A DNA stretch of 64,000 nt. It comes from Klebsormidium nitens. Taxonomy: Eukaryota > Plantae > Klebsormidiophyceae. Below are positions 11,501 through 25,000 of the stretch, in pieces. Within the stretch, counting starts at the first letter, position 1; each line of letters opens with the position of its first letter. Both the position numbers and the translations under genes were made by a program. The stretch lies in NCBI GenBank assembly GCA_000708835.1, contig DF237059.1, positions 130,944 to 194,943 on the forward strand, read 5' to 3'. The notes under the pieces were generated by a model. That model worked only from the letters and a program-made list of their open reading frames with translations. It was not told where the DNA came from and did not search any database.

Positions 11501-13943
11501 CTTGAGCCGAATGTTCAAATGCGCCCAGCTTTTGGATCTGGTTGAGCATTCGAGCTTGAAGGCTGGAAACTTTTGGAAGAATAATGAGCGGTGCAGGTGA
11601 GCTAACGTCTTTAACTCGCTTGGACAGCGTTTTCCCCGAGCGCTTGCTTCAATTGACCAAAAGACAACCTGGTTTGAGGACCAAGCGGTCATTGATTCCA
11701 TTGATTTGAACGCGGACCAAGCACCGTACAAGCGATCTGATTTGCCGATGGCAAACAGACCAGTATCCTCTCAAATGTGTACTTATCTTGGGATTCTTTG
11801 CAAGTTTGACTGCGTTTGCGCGGGGATACTGTGCGCGTGCCTTTCCTTCACCGAAAATCCTTCTCTAATGTCCCTGCATCTTGTTCGACGCAGGAATAAA
11901 AGTCGCTGCCTTTGAGAAGGTGTACGCATCGTTGGGTCCAGGGAACGAACTTGGTTCGTTGAAAGAGCTGCGGCTGACAGGTAGGTCGTTCGTCTTTCGG
12001 GTTTCCGCTTTGCTTTTCTTTTGTCAGACAGAACCTGAGGATTCCAGCCCACTTTCAAAGGTGTTTGCTCTTCCAGGCCAAACTGCTCTGACGTCTTGTC
12101 CTCACACTTTGCCAGCTTTGCTATCCTACATCAGCCGAGGCCTTCTCATCGAATGCTCTTCCAGTACCACCCCATTCTAGCACATGCCTCTTGAGGCCTT
12201 TCCGCCTTTGGCATCGTGGTTGACGGACGAGGCGTTCCACCGCCGTATCCGCAGGGGGTTTCAATCCAAGAGCGAGTCCTCAACCAACAAGTCACTGTCT
12301 GCTGTTGTCCGGAAGTGGACTCGGGCGGATGGCTGAGCGAGTTGCTGGCAAATCGAGTGGCGTGCCAAAGCACCCCTTCTCAGATCAAGTCCTGTGAGAT
12401 TGTCTGAATGATCTTGCCGCCGATTTTCGGATGCAGGCAGCAAGCTCCCCTGCCGGACTCTGTTGCAGCACACGCCGCTCTTCCAAAACTCCAGTCGAGG
12501 GATCCGACACTTAGAACTAGACGGTAAGAGCTTTGTCGCCGAGGTCCGTTCTTCTTCTTTTCTGCTTGAACGATTCTAACCTTTGTTTGCTCCGAAGGTA
12601 GACAGCTCAGAGCGCCCAGAAGTGGTTTACAGCAAAGCGACACAATGTGGTTACTGTACCCCGCTGATATTGTAGGCTCGCCGACACCGCTCTGAACTCG
12701 CCGGTGCTAAATTCAGAGGTTCAGATCCTCGCAATTCGAGTCAAGCAAGTGCTCCACTCTTCAGGATAACAGCGGGACCTTGAACTGAAAGCACTAGAAG
12801 CACCTCTAGGGCACAAGGGTAAAGTCAGGGCGCAAGTCGCTTCCCTTCGCCGTGTGCGATTTTACTGTCCTACTCAAGTTCCTTGACCTCGTGAATTGCA
12901 GTGAACACCTCCTGTAACGGTCAGTGCGTCGCTGCCCTGAGCAAGTTGCTCGACCGCAACGGGAAGCTGCACCACCTTCGGCTAACAGGTGACCACCATG
13001 TTCCAAGTTTGATTCGACGAAGTTGATGTATTCGTGTAGGTCGCCGAAGAGCCTGACTGGCAGAAGACAATCTCGCCTCTGGGGGCAGCTTTTGCTGCTC
13101 TTGCTAGTCAACAGCTGTATCGATTGAAAGATCTTCTGCTTTGAAACCGCTCGCTGAGCCTGCGATTCTTGTACAAGTCAAAGCACGACCTCTAGTGATA
13201 TCAGCAATTTCACTTTGGATATATCGATGTGCATCGTCTGTTGCACTTATCCACCAAGCTTTTCAAGAATCGGGTTCCAAACGATTCTTTGAAACAGTCT
13301 GCAACTCATAGCTGCCGACGCCGAGGTGGCCGTTCACGAAACAAGTCTCGTCTACATCCAACTGACAAAGCTGCTCTCCTTCAATGCAGTACACTATGAG
13401 GAGATGACCCGCGGCTCGGCGGCTGCGCTGATGCGGCTCATGAAACGGCACGGCCAGCGGGTCGCCGTTCAAACGCCGGCGGCCCAGGGGTACAAACCGG
13501 TGGGCATCCGGGACCTGCAGTTGGCGACCCTGGACAGGGTGTACAAAGACAGTGAGTCGCCGTTTTCCGCAATCTGCCCAATGCTCGAATGATTATCATG
13601 CGAAGATAGTCCTCAAGTAGCTGAGACAAGGGATCTGTGACCAAATCCTCTGAACAATCGAAACGATGTCAAGCACCGGTTTGGGCATAATTCGTAGTCT
13701 ATTATACGGCCTTTGAGCCGTCGAGACTGCAGAAAGTTGCCACGTTAAGCTGCAGCGGGATTGCGTGCAACTCGAAGTGCTGACCAGCGAAGGTAGAAGT
13801 GGCATCACTCGTTTCTGTTCCTCCCCGCATGTTCGTTGAGCAGTCGCTTATGAGGCGCTCTGTTTTCCCCTGCAGGTCGACCACGCCTCCTGTTCGCACT
13901 CTTCGCGCTTGCCTGTGCAAAGCTGACCTTTGCGGCAGCCTAG
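8539..13943 (+). CDS. F-box / LRR (RNI-like) protein; exons 8539-9436, 10039-10218, 10841-10939, 11894-11980, 12437-12523, 12902-12988, 13312-13551, 13876-13943
   Basis: F-box motif LLRLLPEEVLLSVTSRLGIADRLRLASTCRKL. LRR-like units: LRYLDISGCSQI, LTELHLDHCVL, LQDNFTLRSLIIE, LKELRLT, IRHLELD, LLDRNGKLHHLRLT. All introns are phase 1 and GT-AG. An additional exon near 12181 is possible. Confidence 0.8.
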
Positions 13944-15252
13944 ACTGATAGAGATCCGCGAGGCTGGGCGATTGCAATTTAGATTGTCAGGGGACAGACA
14001 TCCGCACGTTTACGCAATCATCATGAAGTTCGCCCATCATGGTCTATAACGCACGGTCCGGAAAGGCTTTGCTTTTGCACACAACAAATGCATCGCCTTG
14101 GCATGCGTGTAATTCTAGCATGGTAAGTTCGGCCAGTAATTCAAGCTGACGCAACATGTTTATACTGGATGTCCACTGAGTGAGAGGGTAAAATGATGTT
14201 CCAAATATAACGTACTCCGTTGTCGGACGTGGACGAGATAGTTATATTTATATTCGATGATTGGAGCAGTCCGCTTATACGATATCAAGCATGTTCCATT
14301 GAGCAAGTGATTGCGGACTGCTTTGCAAGTTGTCTCTTGAGCCGCGCATAACGCGTGTGCACGGTCCATCAAAGCCGATCACAAAAATTTGCAAGGCGCC
14401 CGCATTAAACATCCGAAGTTTAGGCTTGTGTCAGATGCTCTCTGTGCAAAAAGAAGCGCGCGAGCTTCCGACCTTTTGGCGCGAGCTCAGGACTCTGCTA
14501 GCATGCCTGCCATGCACCATCCTCAAACTTAAGCACGACGGTTGATGGCAGCCGTCAATCAAACATCTTTGACGATCTATATGCACGCCATGCTTGCCAA
14601 CTCCCCTTAGAAGCGGCCTAGGTGAGGGGACCGCGTGAGTCCTGAATCTGAGTTTGCTCTCGAATTCAAAATCCCGTAGTGCTGACCAGAGGTGTCTCAA
14701 TATCAAAGAGGCACATGAGGAGCTAGCAGCCATCGCCTATAAATGGGCCTAAAATCTGCCTAAGATCAGTGACAATAGTGCGGACCGAGTTAAATGATAC
14801 CTCCTTTCGAACGAATCCTCTGCGGCCACACGGCCGGATGTTGTGACCAGGAATTCAACTTCTCACCAACTTGATTGCATGAATGCAGCTGACGCGTTAG
14901 AGCAGGAGCCCAAGGGCCGGGAGGAATGGAACGACCTGCGCAAAGGGCTGGCCGAGAAGCTAGCACTGCCGGTATCTTTCAAATTCCCATGTGATTCTTG
15001 TTGAATACTGAGAGTGATGCTTTTCTTAACATTCGCGGCCGCGACCAGTCGGTCAAGTCCAAGGCAAATGACTCGCGTTCTGCTTAAACCCGGCCAAACC
15101 CAGGCCAAACCCAGCCAAACCCCCTTGAAGCGCGGCGGCGCCAGCCCGCGCTCAAAGGGCCCACGCTGATTGAGCCGCGCTTCTAGCAAGTGGCGCTCTC
15201 CCATTGGTTCGTTCAGCTCCGACAATTCAGGGACCGCCAGCCGGCCCCTTTT

Positions 15253-15258
15253 CACGTG
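15253..15258 (+). promoter_or_regulatory. G-box/ABRE core (CACGTG) about 280 nt upstream of the LEA-like gene
   Basis: ttttCACGTGacgcgcc. Function is inferred only from its position before a LEA-like gene. Confidence 0.3.
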
Positions 15259-15535
15259 ACGCGCCAGCTGTTGGCTCTCGGATCATTGACCTATCATTGA
15301 CAGATGGACTCTTGCAGAGAGGAGCATTTGCTCTGCAGTATCTAGACTGTATCGACCTTGAACTTCTTGTGGATGCCACTGATGTTGATATTGTCTAAAA
15401 GTTTTTTCAAATGCGGGAGCTTCTGCAATTCTGATCAATTCGCATTTCCTGATCAGAGAGAAACACAGTTCAGCAGCCGCGCTTCTCTTTATCAGCATCA
15501 AAGCAACTACTCCCCGCAGCTAGCAGCCTGAGGCG

Positions 15536-17581
15536 ATGGCTACCACGCCAACGACGGACCCCATGGCAACCAGCACAAGCCCTCCGAAACATGGAATCAA
15601 GGTGAGACATTCTGATGAGTAACGGCTATCTCTTGAATTGTAAGGATCAGCTCATGTTGCTCCTCTTCAGATGACAACTCAGATTGTCAATTGCCTTTCG
15701 ATAGCTTCACAGTGCTGATCAGGAAGTGATCAGGTCAGGTCACAAGTAATGGTCTGAAATCCTTCAGTTCATATCGAAGAGGTGAACAAAGACATTGAAC
15801 CTTGGAACTGAAAAAAAAGAGTTTCATTGATGGCTTCAACATGTGATGGCAAACTGAGAATTGCGTGATCAGGCTCGCACTATGAAAGAAAATCAATCAT
15901 TGGCAGCTTAAGCGGGATAGATGGATCCTATTTGAATCAGGGCTCATATGTCCGATCTAAACAGGGTTTTAAATTAGACTAATGCGTCTGTAAACACTAT
16001 GGTACTCAAGGAGAGAGCTTTAGGGACTGTGAATTTACTCCTCAGCTTTGCTATGTGACCAATGCAAGAAAATTGCGTTGACAGACGTCTTCACACCTTT
16101 GCAGGAGAAGGCTAAGGCCGCTCTCCACAAGGTGACCCACCCCTTCAGCAGCAAGGATGAGAAGAAGGAGCAATCTGCTGCAGGAGTCGCGCATGATGAG
16201 CAGGCTGCAGCAGCAAAGGCCCAGGGAAATACTGGAGAGTCCAAGACCAAGCAAGTTGTGAACAAGATGGCGCACCCTCTCCAGAGCAACAAGGACGAGA
16301 AGAAGTCTCCCCTGGGAGCAGAAACGAGAACCACTACATCCCCTCAGGTCAGCAGGGGATATCAGAAGCCCGCTGGCACTGAGAATCTCCTTGCAGTGCC
16401 TTGGTGGGAGCAGTCAAGCTTATAGGAATTTCGTTGTTCCAAACTTGCATGACTTTCAAAGATGCCTCCAGGTTATAATGTGAGTCACCAATCCACATTA
16501 TCTCGGTGATAGTTATATGATTGTATCATTCATGATGAAGGAAAGCATGTGCAAGTCTTTGCTCGTATATTGATTACTCAGAGACTGTCTGCTTTGACTG
16601 TGGCTTTGCTTACTTCTGGACCTTGTCGTCACCCCACAATCGTCTCTCACACGCTTTGATTCTATGCAGGTCGGCCTCCACCCTGCTTCGAATACCCTCA
16701 CGAATACAATTGGTAAGACGACTGTTCCTTTCGAACGACTAAGCTTTTGAAATTGAGCAGCTTTTATTGCTTACGACGATGGCATCTTTGACGGACAGTC
16801 ACTGTGGGAAGTCTTTGTTAACTTTTGATTTGCTTTCTCTTTGCTCCAAAACTGCAGTATGCGAATCTTCCAAGGCGGTCCAACGAACTTCAATCTTCGG
16901 GTTCCCCAACTCATCTTCGTAACAGCTGAATCTACAATTGAGCCTTCTGTATGGATATACGTCCAGCTTCTGTTTCGTTCTTGACCGCAGGACGGTGAAA
17001 CCACGAGTTCTGAAACCAGATTCTCTCTGCACTGAAGCAGCACTAAGCCATTTCAGAGATCTGCAAACCGCCGTTCAAAATCTCACACGCCTTTCCACTC
17101 TACTGCAGACCCGATGTACACGGCTCCCATGATGACGTCAGACCCTTCTTGCGGCATCACTGCTGGACACGGCAGCTGCCACCACAGCCACGGCCACAGT
17201 GGAGGCGCCCTCGGCGGCCTTGGCAGCGGCTCGTTCGGCGATGGAGGCAACTCTGGAGGGGGCACCGATGTGGGGGGGAACCAGGTGTCCGGAGGTGGCG
17301 ACTCTGGGAGCGGACTCGTGCCCCCCACTGGAGATGACGGAGGGGGCCTCTCTTCTGGCGGCATGGATACGTCAGGCGGTGGCTCAGGCTTTGGCGGTGA
17401 CTCTTCTGGCGGAGCGGGAGGTGGCTTTTCTGGGGGCGACACGTCTGGCGGTACCGGGGGTGGCTTCTCTGGGGGTGACACCTCTGGCGGGGGAGGTGGT
17501 TTCTCTGGAGGAGACACGTCCGGTGGAGGCGGCTTCTCTGGCGGCGGCGATTGTGGGGGCAGCTCAACTACCACTTGCTAG
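15536..17581 (+). CDS. Hydrophilic, probably disordered protein: LEA/dehydrin-like N-half plus Gly-rich repeat C-half; exons 15536-15601, 16105-16347, 16670-16712, 17109-17581
   Basis: Phase-consistent GT-AG joins: MATTPTTDPMATSTSPPKHGIK|EKAKAALHKVTHPFSSKDEKK...KMAHPLQSNKDEKK...TSPQ|VGLHPASNTLTNTI|DPMYTAPMM...(GGFSGGDTSGG)n...STTTC*. The join of exon 3 to the Gly-rich exon is inferred from the matching phase 1 and a strong polypyrimidine acceptor at 17108. Confidence 0.65.
17380..17550 (+). repeat. Coding tandem repeat encoding GGFSGGD(T/S)SGG, about 4-5 units
   Basis: Repeated ggtggcttctctgggggtgacacctctggcgg-like units visible directly. Confidence 0.85.
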
Positions 17582-19036
17582 ATGTACTAGACCGATGGAG
17601 AACGTTGAGACCAGCAGACTTCTAGGGGTGACTGATATGTAGATACGACAGATGCTACTTGAGTGTACAGAACTGCTTGCTCGAGGTTATGCTTTTTGTA
17701 AAATCTGATGTAATATACCAATGTTTTCAAAAAGATTCTTGACTTGCCCATCTGAGGAGCTTTTGCACGAGCAGCAATGATGCAGACATGACTCGGGTGA
17801 ACGGACTCACAGCAGGCCTCTTGATACGATTTGTAAGATACTCCAGCTCGTTTCAAGCTGTGGGAGCTCAGAAGCTCTTTATTAGCGCGGGCTTTGGCTT
17901 TCCGCGAACGTGATCTGTGATGGCACAAACGACATACACACTTGCACGAAGCCTGCAGATGCTATGGATGATGTGTCCGCGTGGTGTGAACCTCGCTTGA
18001 AGCTTCATGATGCAGATGACCTATGCATGGGGCATGGCCTTCCGCAGACGGTTTGCACTTCAAACTAGGGCTCGCAGTATACTGAAGCATACGTGTTGTT
18101 TCTCGGATTGCTTGCAAGGTTCACCTTCTCCTTTTGCGCATCCTCTAGCTGCCTGGTGGTGCTTTGATGGTAGTACTGGTCGTGGTGTTTTTCCTTCTGA
18201 GTTTCTTCCTCCGGCGGAAGTCATGGCTGGGGTGGTCAGACTTCAGGCACCCGAGACTTGCTATCTCTCTGAAAGGTGGTGGAGCTAAGTATCTCACAAT
18301 CTCAAAAGTGGCGATGCGCCTCAGGCATCTTCGGGGCTACGGAAGATAATATTGCTCTCTGGCCAAGTTTTCTGCCAGCTTGCTCACGGCACATATAAAT
18401 GATTTGAAAGGGGCATCCTTTGGAACTCGTTGAAGACGTCAGGTGCAGCAGCTGGTTTTCGAGGCTCACCAAAATTCGCGACATCAACTGCGTGAGAGTG
18501 CACTTGGCATTTTGTTGTCTTAGTACCTACATTTTCTACAGTACGCCCGCTGGCGCGGGGATCCCTCTCAGGGGCCTGCCTGCGGTGAGCTTCCAACGTT
18601 TCGATCCTCAACCGTGGATATGATGCAGTTTAGGAAACGACCCCACCCTTCATTGTAGCACGTGGGCAGCGATAATGGAATCGAGGCGTGGCGGTAACGG
18701 TGTGCATGTCAGCCTGGCTCTGACAATTTCCAATTTCCTCGCTGCCGCAGTGCTCAGGTTTCAAGATGTCGTCATGCCGGCTCAAGTGTGCGCCATGGCT
18801 GCATTGGGCATTGCCCATATCAGCTTGAAGTTGCAGAGGAGACGGACGTAGCTGATCAATAGGGCTCATAAGCCATGAAAAGAGAAGCGATCAATTGCCT
18901 TGCAAGAATTCGGAAGAGGAGCCACTCCAGCGGGTTTGCTGCCCTGGGGGCCGGGTCCTGACATGCAAGGCGGTTAGTGAAGCGCCAGCGCATTTAATCT
19001 CCTCAAAGCAGAAGCAGCTCCAGCTGCGGACCCATC

Positions 19037-22000
19037 ATGGAGCGTCCGCTCATTGACAGCCGCCGCAGCTCGCCAGGTGGCAGTCGTTCAGCGGCTGCCA
19101 GGGACTCCCCTCCTAGCGCCCTCACCATCGATCGAAGAGGAAACGCATTCAAAACAGGCTCCAATGTGCAGCAAGCGGCTGCGCTGGTTGATATAGCCTA
19201 TGACGGCGAAGGGCTACCTGAGTCATTTCTTGAGAGCCCCCACTTTTCTGAGAAGGCGTCTTACTATCTCGTTTACAATGCTGCCGGGCCCTTGTGGCTC
19301 GCAACGTATGCGGCCCTGCTTCTGCTCAACTTTGTAGAGGTACCCTCTTGGTGCCTCAACAATCATGAGCAATATTGCGGGAATCCTAAAGAGTACTGGC
19401 TGGGCGACGTGCCATACCTTCCCCCCAACGTCTTCCTTGTCGTTGAGCTTGTCATTTTCCTACTCCTTGCGGCACACATCCTCTTTCCACTCCTATATGC
19501 TGGGCCCAAGCTCTATCAGGAGAGCCCCAAGGATGCCATCAGCACAGGGCTCTTACTGCTCCTGGGCTTAGACATCATCCGTCAGATGCTGTTCTGGTGG
19601 ACGCAATTTCCTGTAGTGGAACCGCAGGCAGTGAGACTCGCGCCGTACCTGCGTGTGTTGATCTTCCTGGTCTCGGTCAAAGAGATGCGGGACAATCTTT
19701 GGACGGTGGTGGCTGTCGTTCCTAAGTTCTTGGACATTTTCATCCTGGGTTTCGTCTTCCTGGTGTTCTCCTCGTGGCTGGCATATGTGCTCTTTGAGGA
19801 TACTCTTCAGGTAAGACCTCTGTCCTGTCTTGTCTCTATATCAAGTCATGAGTACACAAGTCTTGAGAAGACCGCCGAAGATCCTCCAGCATCATCAATC
19901 TTGAAACGTATATCAAGCTGATCCTGAAACAAGACGAGTGCAAGCAAGCCCAATGGCGCATCAAAGGAGTGATTTAGGCGTCCAAGTCCGCAGGGCACCT
20001 TCTGCCAGGGTTTGGAGGCGTTGGAAAACGTAGTCCATCCGCTATATTCAACTATTGTTGCAAAATTCTGTTGGTAATCCTAGTAGGATGATAAGAAAAC
20101 GGACAAGGGGCATGTCTACTTTTCATGAAGGCAAGTCCCAATTCTCCTGCAGGGGAGGAAGGAGTTCCCGACTTTTGGCATCACCTCCCTCAAGATGTTC
20201 ATCCTTCTCACGGGCTCAAATAACCCAGATGTCTGGCAAACGGCGTATGAGCAGCACCGCGCATACAGGTAAGTGTACTATTGGATCAAAGCAGAAATCA
20301 AAATGTGCATGATGAATGCTCGGAATTTTAAGAAGAGTCAGTGGATTGCAAGCATATGAGTGGTAACTGCACGCAGAATGTTGATTGCTTCTGACTGAGA
20401 ACTGGCAGGAACAACACCACCCAGGCTTGGCCTTACTGGATCAGGAGACTGACATTAGCTCCCCAGATTCTTTGCCTTGAATTGTCATCTCCTAATGCAC
20501 AACGAGGAGGGCCACATTGGCTTTATCTCTCACAATTATAAAAGGTGCAAACGCTGCTCACATATGGCCTTGACGCTACCCCTGCATTGAGGGGAACAAG
20601 AGATTTGAACCACGGCTTTTGATGTCAGCTTGATACACCTGACAGCAACTGGCGTCTTCTGTACTACAGGATGCATAGACTAATCCTCGGTGCATGATTT
20701 TTCTGAAAAATGCCGGTCCAGATCTGTCTTTCTGTAATTGCTAATCTATAATTGCGCATACAAGGCAAGCGATCGCATCAGATTTTCCTTTGTGAAGGTA
20801 TTCTCCTTAGGTGATTTCGTCGTCCAAGAGCGTGCCGTGAGAACAGAAGGTCTGTTTGAAATGACCAGTCTGGCTTCTTGGAGTAGGTTTAAGAGTTCTG
20901 CTTAGCCGAAACCCTTCACCTTTTCTTATGTTCCTTGGAGCAGATTATGGACCTCGAGCACTTGTCCCCCACACGCTTTCTTTGACCGCACCCTGTCAAG
21001 AACAGTCCTGCCAGAAGACCCTTTCTTGCATAGGCATCCCTTTCAAACCACATCACCTTGGAGCTCTCACGGGTTTTCTCACCTCACATTCGGCAGGCTC
21101 AAGAATGACTCACAGTCTTGGGCAAATTTGTCTGCAGTCTCTTCTTCGTCCTCTACCTCCTGTTGGGCCTTTACTTCCTTACGAACCTCACTCTTGCTGT
21201 CATCTTCGACAGGTGAGCTTCTTCGATTGTGTCCTATGAATGCTTGCTTCTTTGCGGATAACGCAAGAGGCTTGAGGGTAGCTGACAGAACTTTTTCCCA
21301 CTAGAAAACGAGCCTTGGAAGTCGTGACTTGTCTTCGCTAAGCGTTGCTCTTCTGCGTATGGTAAAGCAAAGCGGCTTGAGGTAGCTGAAAAGAGCGATT
21401 CTTCTGGGGCGTGTGAGAATAGCCCCTTCGACCTTCTTCGTCTGCCTCGCTTTAAGACGGTTTGTCTGGCCAGCTGAAGCGGAAGGTACGCCTTTCCTGA
21501 CGGATCATTGACGCTCAAGACTTGGAAGACCATAGAAGAGTTGGCTCTTGCAAGGATAAAAGTTGAGGACGACAGACTTTCAACAAGTCTTGCGCTCACT
21601 GTCACTTTAATATATATACCTTTCGAAATACAGGATCTGAAATGGACAAGCGTTCTGAAAACTGCTCTGGATGCCTCTGTTCGTGTCTGTCCTCCAGCTT
21701 CAAGAATCAGTTGGGCTACGCTCGCAAAGCCATTGAAGAGAACAAGCGTCGCGTGCTGTCCCGCGCCTTCTCGTTCGTCGACGAGCAAAAGCGGGGCTTC
21801 ATCGACAGGTCAGCACGACCGACTCGCGTTCTTAGGAACGGTTTCAGTAGCCGAGGGTCCGACTAGTGGTCGGAGCATGTGGTATCTTTCTTTGTTGCCA
21901 TGAAGAAGTCCATCGCAACTCGAAGCGCGACTCTCTATCAGTTGGTCCAATTATGTTACGGAGATGCAAGTGCTCACTGCGATTCTTGCTGTGTGTCTTG

Positions 22001-25000
22001 AAGGAACCAGCGAGTCACTCCACGTGATATATCTGCCATTCAACAGATTACTCAGCGATTTAACAACTGAATGTTCAGTTGCAGCGACCAGCTGATCGCG
22101 CGCCTGAACGCCCTCAACTATTACGGTGTTCTCTACTAAGAAATTGTTTTGGCGGCTTCTTTTCCCATTCACAGAATCAAAGAACCCAAGCTAACCTGAG
22201 TAACAGAATCCAACAAAAGCATTTATTTCCAGGTTGCAGCGACCAGCTGACCGCGGTGATGAACGCCCTCAGTCGTTCAATATTCCCTGTTGGAAAACCG
22301 AGTCGCTTGGCAAACTCCTTCCCCGAGCACAGTAACCCGACTTACCCAAACCTAACCTCAGTGACGGGAATCGAACAGAACCAGCCATTTTCCCGGTTGC
22401 AGCGACCAGCTGACTGCGCTATGAACGCCCTCAATCGCTGTTTTCTGTTCGGGGGACGAGTGTTTTGGTGGCTTCTTCCCCCCCTCGCAAAACCGATGGA
22501 ACCCAAGCTAACCTGAACACCAGAATCCAACACAATTCAACATCTCCCGGTTGCAGCGACCAGCTGACCGCTCTGATGAAATCGGCCGCTGTTCCCTGTT
22601 GAGTCACTTGGCAGATTCTATCCCCCAAGGACAAAAACCCGACTAACCAAATCTAACCTAAGTAACGGGACTCAAACAGAAGCTAACATTTCCCGATTGC
22701 AGCGACCAGCTGACTGCCTTAATGAACGCGCTCAACTTGTACCGGGCGGTGCCCCACATCGAGAAGGACGACATGCGCCACATCTTTTTGGCGCTGGACG
22801 ACTCGGGGGACTACAAGATCCAGGAAGACGAGTTCTCGGACGTCTGCGAGGCGATCGGGACCAAGTTTATTAAGCTGGACGAGCCGCCGTTTCTGCAGGT
22901 GCGAACCTTCTCGGATTGCAGTTTCCGGATTGTGAGTCTGGTATTAGCAGTTACTGTCGATCAAGCATAGTGTCTTTGTATCTAGATTTCGGTGATTTAT
23001 ATAAATTAAGTGATAGAGAGGGTTTTAGTGCCCTTGATGGGCAGCAAATCCTGGGCGTACCTTCCGAAGTATTTAATCTTTAGGCGAGCCTCAGAGGGTC
23101 TCGCCCTAATTGAGCCGCCGCTTCTGCAGGCGCGTGCCTTGGCTTTGGTTTGCTTTGCTTTTCTGGTTAAAGAAGGTTCTATTCCAGACGCTTACAAGGG
23201 TATGGGGAGCGTTTCACTGATCAGAGTCTTGTTGTCTGCTTTACCTTTTCAAAACCTAACCGGACCGCCCTCGAAGTTCAACTTCTGAGGCGGGCCTCAA
23301 ACTGTTCTTCATGCAATGCGCTTACGAGTGCTCTGCCTCTTCGTTCAGAATGGCGCTCGGGCATTCGTAAACCTCCTCAGCTAACGTGCGGGAAAAGTCG
23401 AAAAGCAAACACCCGTTTTGAGCAATGCACTCTTGCAATCAAAATTCTTTTCTCCCGGAAATACTACCACCAGCTTTCTCAAGTCAGTACAAGCCGCGTC
23501 ACCAGACCAGAAGTGCCGCGTTCGCCTCCATTTCTCGACCACTTACTCCCGTTGCAAAACATACCTGGAAACGTCATGCCGGAGACTAAACTAGAAAGCA
23601 TCGTGCACATTTTGACCTGCGTCTCTTCTTCCACTTCACCCTCTCTCAGATCGTGGCGCCCGGTGTCTTCAACAGCCGCGCCTTCACCGCGGTGCGGGAC
23701 TTTGTGAAGGACCCGCGCTTCGACCGGTACGTGATGACGTCAGTCCTGCTGGCCAATCTGGTGACTGTGGCCATCGAGACGACGCTCGACATGGAGAACC
23801 TGCCCTCGCAGGCCATCTGGCAGGTGGGAAACTCTTTCCGGATTCTGCGGGGATCCTGGTCTCGTGGCCATGCCGCTATACCCTCTAGGGGTTTCTTCTG
23901 TTCTCCCATTTTGTGTCCAACTCAGTCAGCCTTGAGGGATTCCCGTTGGGATGACTTTGTATTGCGTACCCTGCGCCTAGTGCTGGCGAGTCTCTGAGTG
24001 GACCTCAAACATGCATCTTCGCGCCCCAAGGACGTCTGCAAACGAGCTCGCAGACTCTTTTCTTTCCTTTGGACGCTCCCAAGACATACGGAGTGTATGT
24101 TGCTGCAACGGCCTCGATAATGGTCCTTCTTGGTTCGTCCTCTTCTGTCAAACCTGCACGGCAAATTCTAAGAAGACGGTCCTGCAGACACGCTGCCTAA
24201 GTCGGATAGACACAGCTTCTGACTAAGATAAAAGCAACAGATCTTCACGCAAGACTCTGATACTAAACCCTCAGTTGACACCCTATGAGGGTTGTCATAG
24301 GGTGACAACCCTATGACATGGAAATGAAACATGTCATTTCCATACCCCTTGGACCAGTAAGCCTTGACCTCTGCAAACAACGCAGACCTGTTGTGAACGC
24401 TCTACTCTAAGCCCTGAGACGTGACTTCCCGTTCTGACGAACTCTCAAAAGATCCGCTTGCCGAAAACGTCGCATTCGCAGTCGGGTGAGAACTTATACC
24501 GGTTGGAGGTGCCACTTTCTGATTTCTTAAAGTCTGCTTGCAATTTTGTACTCTGATCGTGGTGAGCCCTGAAATCAAGGTCCGACGCTGATTTATCCCT
24601 CAGTTTCTCAATGTTGGTTCAGAGCAGAGCACGCAAACGGGAAACCCAGACCTAAATGCGACCTCCGAAACCTCCCACGCAGAATATCGAGTACGTGTTT
24701 GGGTGGGTATACGTCCTGGAGGCGTTGCTCAAGGTCAGCGCGCTCGGCTTCTGCAACTACTGGCGGCAGGGCGCCAACCGCTTCGACTTTCTTATCACGT
24801 GGATCATCTTGATTGGTCAGACGGCGCTCATCCTAGACCCGCACCAGACTGTCGCTAGCAAGGTAAGGCGGTAGAGTCAAATTCAGGACGAAACACAGTC
24901 AGGTTGAGATAGGTCAGTGCATGGCTGTCGGATGGGGTTAACTTGCGAGTTAGAGTAGGTGACGGTGCGGAGCACGTAGATTTGTGTCTAGGGGTTTTGG

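Noticed and set aside
14000-15300. ORFs 14431-14733 and 14863-15255 (-)
   Set aside because: No homology or splice structure. The GC-rich promoter-like sequence produces incidental ORFs.
17083-17642. Pro-rich 163-aa minus-strand ORF (PPEKPPP repeats, extensin-like) and other overlapping frames
   Set aside because: These are antisense or alternative-frame shadows of the GC-rich Gly-repeat exon. The plus frame has the splice acceptor and phase match.
17940-18870. Short ORFs including a hydrophobic 61-aa ORF (18164-18349)
   Set aside because: No phase-consistent exon chain or recognisable motif could be built. It may be UTR or intergenic.
22079-22516. 145-aa ORF with repeated QRPAD/DQLTA motifs
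   Set aside because: It is a by-product of the intronic acceptor array and has no independent gene signals.
22079-22740. Regularly spaced about 17-40 bp direct repeats superficially like a CRISPR array
   Set aside because: This is a eukaryotic intron, the spacers are about 120 bp and similar to each other, the repeat equals the exon-5 start, and no cas genes are present.
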